DNA of 24,000 nucleotides from an uncultured Actinomycetes bacterium. GTDB lineage: Bacteria > Actinomycetota > Actinomycetes > S36-B12 > CAIYMF01. The stretch lies in the NCBI GenBank assembly GCA_963700395.1, contig CAVOXI010000008.1:100626-124625 (forward strand). The letters run 5' to 3'. How positions within the stretch are numbered: the stretch's first letter is position 1; every line of letters begins with the position of its first letter. The notes under the pieces were generated by a model. It did not search any database and was not told where the DNA came from. It was given only the letters and a program-made list of their open reading frames with translations. Position numbers and translations under genes: made by a program. This document shows, one piece after another, positions 19,065 through 24,000 of this stretch.

Positions 19065-20274
19065 CTATCCCTCCAGGCGGACCCGGAACCCGCTGGCCTG
19101 GAGTGCGGCGGCCACCTGCTCGCAGTGCTCGGCGACCGCGGGTCTCCAGGTGCAGCGAGACGTCGACCTCGCCGACGGAGAGCCCGGCTGTCGTGCGCAG
19201 GTGCTCCACCGAGATGACGTTCGCCGCGAGGGCAGCCACCTCGGCCAGCAGCGGGGCCAAGCCACCGGGACGATCGGAGATGCGCACCCGCAGCTGGAGG
19301 TAGCGCCCTGCCGCGACGAGGCCGTGCTCCAGCACCCGCGCCAGCAGCAACGGGTCGACGTTGCCCCCGGACAGGACGACGACGACGGGCGGCTCGATCC
19401 CCGTGGCGTCCTCGAGCAGGGCTGCCACCCCGGCCGCCCCGGCGGGCTCCACGAGCATCTTCGAGCGTTCGAGCACGAGCAGCAGCCCGCGGGAGAGCGA
19501 GTCCTCCGACACCGTGCGGATCTCCACGTGCCGTTCGGCGATGATCCCCAGGGGGACGACGCCGGGGCGCCCGACGGCGATCCCGTCGGCCATCGTGCTC
19601 ATCCGCTGGAGCGCGACCGGATGGCCGGCGGCGAGGGACGCCGGGTACGCCGCCGCCTGGGCTGCCTGCACCCCGATGACCCGTACGTGCGGGGCCAGCT
19701 CGCCCATCACGGTGGCGATGCCGGCCACGAGCCCGCCACCTCCGGTGCACACCAGCACGGTGCGCACGTCGGGGACCTGGTCGAGGATCTCCAGCCCGAT
19801 CGTCCCCTGGCCCACGACGATGTCCTCGTGGTCGAAGGGGTGGATCAGGACCGCGCCCGTGCGCTCGGAGAACTCCGTCGCAGCCACGAGCGCATCGTCG
19901 ATGGTGGAACCCACGGTGACGATCTCCGCCCCGTAGGCGCGGGTGGCGGCCAGCTTGGGAAGCGGCGCCCCGACCGGCATGAACACGGTCGTTCGGATGC
20001 CCAGCCCGCGGGCGGCCTTGGCCACGCCCTGCGCGTGGTTGCCGGCACTGGCTGCCACGACGCCGAGCGCTCGCTGGTCAGGGGTGAGCCGAGAGAGCCG
20101 GACGTGCGCGCCACGCACCTTGAACGACCCGGCCACCTGCAGGTTCTCGCACTTGAGCCACACCGGTCCACCGACGCGACCTGCGAGGTAGGTCGCAGGT
20201 GCGACCGGGGTCACGCGGGCGACCCCGACCAGCAGGTCTCGGGCCTCTCGGATGGCCTGAACTGTCACGGGCAT
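19065..20274 (-). CDS. ilvA: Threonine ammonia-lyase with C-terminal ACT-like domain, apparent 1-nt indel near 19143
   Basis: VWLKCENLQVAGSFKVRGA...VVAASAGNHAQGVA...VCTGGGGLVAGIA...LRVRISDRPGGLAPLLAEVAALAANVISVEHLRT...GEVDVSLHLETR, then in another frame VAEHCEQVAAALQASGFRVRLEG-stop at 19065. Confidence 0.88.
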
Positions 20275-20280
20275 GGGTTC

Positions 20281-21628
20281 ATGGTGGCCCACGCACTGGC
20301 AGGATGGCCCCTTGTGCTGGGTCAACGGGTGTTCGCGTGGGCCCGCCGGACCCCGTACCTGGCCGACCTCCCGCGTGACGTGGCGGTCCTGTCGTTCGTC
20401 GCCTTCGCCGTCGCCCTCGGGTACGGCATCGCAGCCCCGGCCCTGCCCGTGTACGCGCGGACGTTCGGCGTCTCGGCGTTCATGGCCTCCACGGTCATCT
20501 CGGGGTTCGCCCTCATGCGCCTGCTCAGCGCGGCTCCGTCGGGGATCATGGTCGACCGCTTCGGCGAGCGGCGGATCATGTCGATCGGGATCTGGGTGGT
20601 CGCCGGCTCCTCGCTGATGACCGCCCTGGCCCAGAGCTTCGGGCAGCTGCTGGTGCTGCGCGGTGTGGGTGGCATCGGGTCGGCGATGTTCACCGTCTCG
20701 GCGATGGCCCTGCTGCTGCGCACGGCGGGCCCGGCGCAGCGGGGGCGGGCCTCCGGGGCGTTCCAGGCCGGGTTCCTCTTCGGCGGGGTCACGGGCCCGG
20801 CGATCGGCGGAGCCGTCACCGGCATCTCGATCCGCGCCCCGTTCGTCGTCTACGGCATCACGCTGGTCGTGGCCGGGCTGCTCGCGGCGAAGTACCTGTC
20901 ACGTGCCCCCGCTGGGGGCACCCGTCGCGGCCGGTGCCCCGGGGCGCCCAGCCCTGACACGCACGGCCCTGAGGATCCGGGGGCCCCCGAGTCCTGCGCA
21001 CGCGACGCCCAAGGCTGCCCCGGCGTCGCTGACCGCCGCCCTGCGCAGCGCCGCCTACCGGGCCGCGCTCATGGTCAACCTGTCCAGCGGCTTCATCGTG
21101 TTCGGCCTGCGGATCTCGCTGGTCCCGCTGTTCGTCACCGAGGGGCTCAAGCACGGCGTCGGGCTGGTCGGGATCGGCTTCCTGTGCGCGGCCGCCGCCC
21201 AGGCGGTCATGCTGATCCCCGCCGGGCGGTGGACCGACCGATCCGGACGGCGCGGCTCGATGCTCGTGGGCACAGCCACCCTCACCGGTGCGATGCTCCT
21301 GCTCGCGCTGCAGACCGGCGCGGTCGGGTTCCTGCTGGCGATGGCAGCCTCGGGCCTCGCATCGGCGTTCCTGGCGCCCGCGTCGGCGGCCGTCGTCGGC
21401 GACCTCACCCGCGGCCTGTCCGGTGGCCGCGTGGTGTCGGCCTACCAGATGGTCGGCGACCTCGGCGGCATCCTGGGCCCGCTCATCGCAGGGGCCCTGG
21501 CCGACGCCGCCGGATTCCAGTGGGCCTTCGCCGCCGGGGTCGTGATCGGCCTGGTCGCGCTGGCGTTCGTCGTGGTGATGCCCGAGACGCTGCGCCGGGA
21601 GTCCCAGGAGTCCCCCTCAGGCGCGTGA
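20281..21628 (+). CDS. MFS transporter, apparent frameshift in the central loop (about 20910-20990)
   Basis: N-terminal half VAVLSFVAFAVALGYGIAAPALPVYARTFGVSAFMASTVISGFALMRLLSAAPSGIMVDRFGERRIM...; C-terminal half in another frame AALMVNLSSGFIVFGLRISLVPLFVTEGLKHG...GRVVSAYQMVGDLGGILGPLIAGALADAAGF. Confidence 0.85.
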
Positions 21629-21653
21629 GGCCGCCAGGCGCGACACTGTCGCC

Positions 21654-22603
21654 ATGCGACCACCGAGCACGGACTGGGCCGAGAGCATCAGCGACGACGA
21701 GCGCCGCCCGGCACGCGGCCTTCACCGACAGGATCGTGGCGCTGCAGGGCCGCATCAACGCGAAGCAGGGGCCGGGCAGGGCCTTCCACCGCAAGCAGGT
21801 GGCCGCCCTGTCGGGGACGCTCACCGTGGCAGCGGGGCTGCCCGAGTACGCGAGGCAGGGGTTGTTCGCCCGAGCCCGGCGAGTTCGAGGTGCTGGCCCG
21901 CATGTCCAACGGCTCGGTGACTGCCCAACCGGACCCGGTCCCGGACATCCGCGGGTTCGCCATCTCGGTGCGCGGCCTGGAGGCGCCCGGCGCCCTGGCG
22001 GCAACCACGGACCGGCAGGACTTCCTGCTCATCAACCGACCGGCGTTCGGCTTCCAGGACTCACGCGACTTCGCCGACATCGTCGCGGTGGCCCCCAAGG
22101 GGCAGAGGGCGATGCTGGCGCACCTGGTCGACAAGCACGGCGTGGTCCGCGGCCCCCTGGAGATGGCCAAGCAGGCCGCCGACCTCGCGCGACCGTTCAG
22201 CGGGTATGCCACCTCCGACTTCCACGCCTGCGCCCCGATCGCATGGGGGCCCTATGCCGCCCACGTGCACGTCACGCCGGTGGACGCCTCCCGGGACCTG
22301 CTCGCATGGCGTGACTGGGGCGCCGACGTGCGCGGCCGGGTCGCCCGGGGCCCGCTGCGCTGGACGGTTCAGGCCCAGTTCTACACCGATCCGGACTCCA
22401 CCCCGATCGAGGACGGCCGCCGGGCCTGGGATGCCCCCAAGGTCATCGTGGGCACCCTGGAGCTGACCCAGGTCGAGGACTCCCAGGCGGTGGAGGCCGA
22501 CCACTTCGACCCGTGGATGGCGATGGCCGACCACCGACCCCTGGGCGAGATCATGCGCGCCCGGAAGGCTGCCTACTTCGCGAGCTACCGGAACCGGTCG
22601 TGA
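21654..22603 (+). CDS. Catalase-like heme-domain protein, two apparent frameshifts in the N-terminal part
   Basis: HAAFTDRIVALQGRINAKQGPGRAFHRKQVAALSGTLTV and LPEYARQGLFA in one frame; EFEVLARMSNGSVTAQPDPVPDIRGFAISVRG...TDRQDFLLINRPAFGFQDSRDFADIV...WTVQAQFYTDPDSTPIEDGRRAWD...PLGEIMRARKAAYFASYRNRS in another. Confidence 0.75.
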
Positions 22604-22623
22604 GCCGGTTCCCCGCGCACAGC

Positions 22624-22629
22624 TAGTCT
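22624..22629 (+). promoter_or_regulatory. Putative -10 TAGTCT, 6 nt from the ung GTG
   Basis: TAGTCT-CCGTGC-GTG(22636). Confidence 0.45.
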
Positions 22630-22635
22630 CCGTGC

Positions 22636-23334
22636 GTGGCTGACTCCCCCACGCCCCCCTCGCGCCGGCCCCTGACCGAGCTGGTCGCGCCCGACTGGGC
22701 GGCGGCCCTCGAGCCGCAGGCCGAGCGCATCAGCGCAATGGGCGACTTCCTGCGCGCCGAGCTGGCCGCCGGGCGCGGCTACCTGCCGGCCGGGCCGAAC
22801 GTGCTCCGCGCGTTCACCCGACCCATGTCCGAGGTCCGCGTGCTCATCGTCGGGCAGGACCCCTACCCCACTCCGGGGCACGCGGTCGGGCTCTCGTTCT
22901 GCGTGGCCCCGGACGTGCGCCCCGTCCCGCGGAGCCTGGCCAACATCTACCGCGAGCTGCACGACGACCTCGGCTGCCCCCGCCCTGCCTCCGGTGACCT
23001 GACTCCGTGGGCGGACCAGGGCGTCCTGCTGCTCAACAGGGTGCTGACCGTGACCCCGGGCAGCTCCGGATCGCACCGCGGCAAGGGCTGGGAGGAGATC
23101 ACCGAGGCCGCCATCCGGGCCCTCGTGGCGCGTGGGGGGCCGCTGGTCGCGATCCTGTGGGGCCGCGACGCCCAGGGCCTGACCCCGATGCTCGGCGACA
23201 CGCCCAGGATCGCCTCGGCCCATCCCAGCCCGATGTCCGCCGACCGGGGGTTCTTCGGCTCCCGCCCGTTCAGCCGCGCCAACGCCGCGCTGGTGGCCCA
23301 GGGGGCAGCCCCGATCGACTGGTGCCTGCCCTGA
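22636..23334 (+). CDS. ung: Uracil-DNA glycosylase, family resembling the actinobacterial Ung
   Basis: [47 protein letters not shown]...[32 protein letters not shown]...[10 protein letters not shown]...[21 protein letters not shown]. Confidence 0.94.
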   Translation: MADSPTPPSRRPLTELVAPDWAAALEPQAERISAMGDFLRAELAAGRGYLPAGPNVLRAFTRPMSEVRVLIVGQDPYPTPGHAVGLSFCVAPDVRPVPRSLANIYRELHDDLGCPRPASGDLTPWADQGVLLLNRVLTVTPGSSGSHRGKGWEEITEAAIRALVARGGPLVAILWGRDAQGLTPMLGDTPRIASAHPSPMSADRGFFGSRPFSRANAALVAQGAAPIDWCLP

Positions 23335-23337
23335 GGA

Positions 23338-24000
23338 TCAGCCGTCGGGCGTCCCGGCGGAGACGAGCTGCTCGGCCAGCGCACGTGCCACCGCCGGTCG
23401 GCCCGCGAGCTCCAGCAGGCCGATGGGCGCCAGCAGGTACTGCCGGTCGATGAGCACCCGGGCCCGCTCGGGCAGCCGCCATCCGCCCGCGTAGTCGGTC
23501 AGGACCGCGTCCAGGACGCCGCGGGCGGCGCCCGGATCGGCGTGCCTCAGGACGCCGCCGGACCCGATCAGCAACCCGACGTGGGTCAGGTCCCGGGACC
23601 CCTCGGCACCCGGGCGGGCGTGCCGGCGGGCCGCGATGACGCCTGCGAGCCGCGCCAGCGCGAGCTCGTCGGCCCGCTCAGCCCGGGTGCCCGGCAGGAA
23701 GCCCACGTCTGCGCGACGGCGCTCGGCGGCGAGCGCCAGCAGCTCGGCCGGGCCCTCCTCACCGCCGGCAGCAGGCTCGAGCAGCCGCTCGGCCAGCGCG
23801 GCGGCGACGACGTCCTGGGCGCTCCAGCGCATCCCCAGGTCGCCCTCCACCGAGCGCCCGTGCCACAGCGTCTCGACCGCCTCATCGGGGGCCTGGTCAT
23901 CGGGGTTCAGGACGCTGTAGACGTCGGTCGTCGCCCCGCCGATGTCCAGCGCCATCACGTCCCCGCTGGCCCCGGGCTGCCCCGCCAGGACGTCGGCGAC
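23338..24000 (-). CDS. Glutamate mutase MutL-family protein, N-terminus beyond the right edge
   Basis: The open reverse frame continues to the edge: VADVLAGQPGASGDVMALDIGGATTDVYSVLNPD...EAVETLWHGRSVEGDLGMRWSA...VGLLIGSGGVLRHAD...VLIDRQYLLAPIGLL. Confidence 0.85.
   Translation of the reverse strand, partial: VADVLAGQPGASGDVMALDIGGATTDVYSVLNPDDQAPDEAVETLWHGRSVEGDLGMRWSAQDVVAAALAERLLEPAAGGEEGPAELLALAAERRRADVGFLPGTRAERADELALARLAGVIAARRHARPGAEGSRDLTHVGLLIGSGGVLRHADPGAARGVLDAVLTDYAGGWRLPERARVLIDRQYLLAPIGLLELAGRPAVARALAEQLVSAGTPDG

Noticed and set aside
18542-19750. 402-aa reverse ORF across greA and ilvA
   Set aside because: Antisense to greA and out of frame with ilvA; no homology-like motifs.
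19150-22314. 1054-aa forward ORF
   Set aside because: Composite frame: antisense to ilvA, then the genuine N-terminal half of the MFS transporter, then out-of-frame sequence including part of the catalase-like N-terminus. It is a long open frame caused by high GC3, not a single protein.

Overview
High-GC actinobacterial chromosomal window (the gene set resembles Propionibacteriales/Micrococcales-type genomes; this is an inference). It is mostly conserved housekeeping content. In order: ychF (partial, -), DUF222/13E12-type HNH endonuclease (+), rmuC (+), DUF6542-like membrane protein (+), ispH (-), xseA-xseB (+), DUF4245-like (-), class I fumarase (+), a secreted PG-binding plus lysozyme/transglycosylase-like protein (-), PhoH/PIN (-), isoprenyl transferase (-), hemolysin III (-), exonuclease III (-), a frame-broken MFS gene (+), DUF1707 protein (-, broken), DUF3817 (-), SURF1 (-), small membrane protein (-), DUF4307 (+, broken), greA (+), ilvA (-, 3' end broken), MFS (+, broken), catalase-like (+, broken), ung (+) and a MutL-family protein (-, partial). 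I found no CRISPR array, tRNA/rRNA, transposon or convincing new defence system. The signals most worth following are regulatory. There is a perfect 16-bp actinobacterial SOS box in front of the HNH gene, and three helically spaced CRP/GlxR-like dyads upstream of the cell-wall hydrolase gene. Six genes show a recurring leaderless promoter arrangement (TANNNT-N6..8-start). Apparent frameshifts are also strongly clustered in about 14.6-21.9 kb, which points to either a low-quality stretch of sequence or local gene decay.
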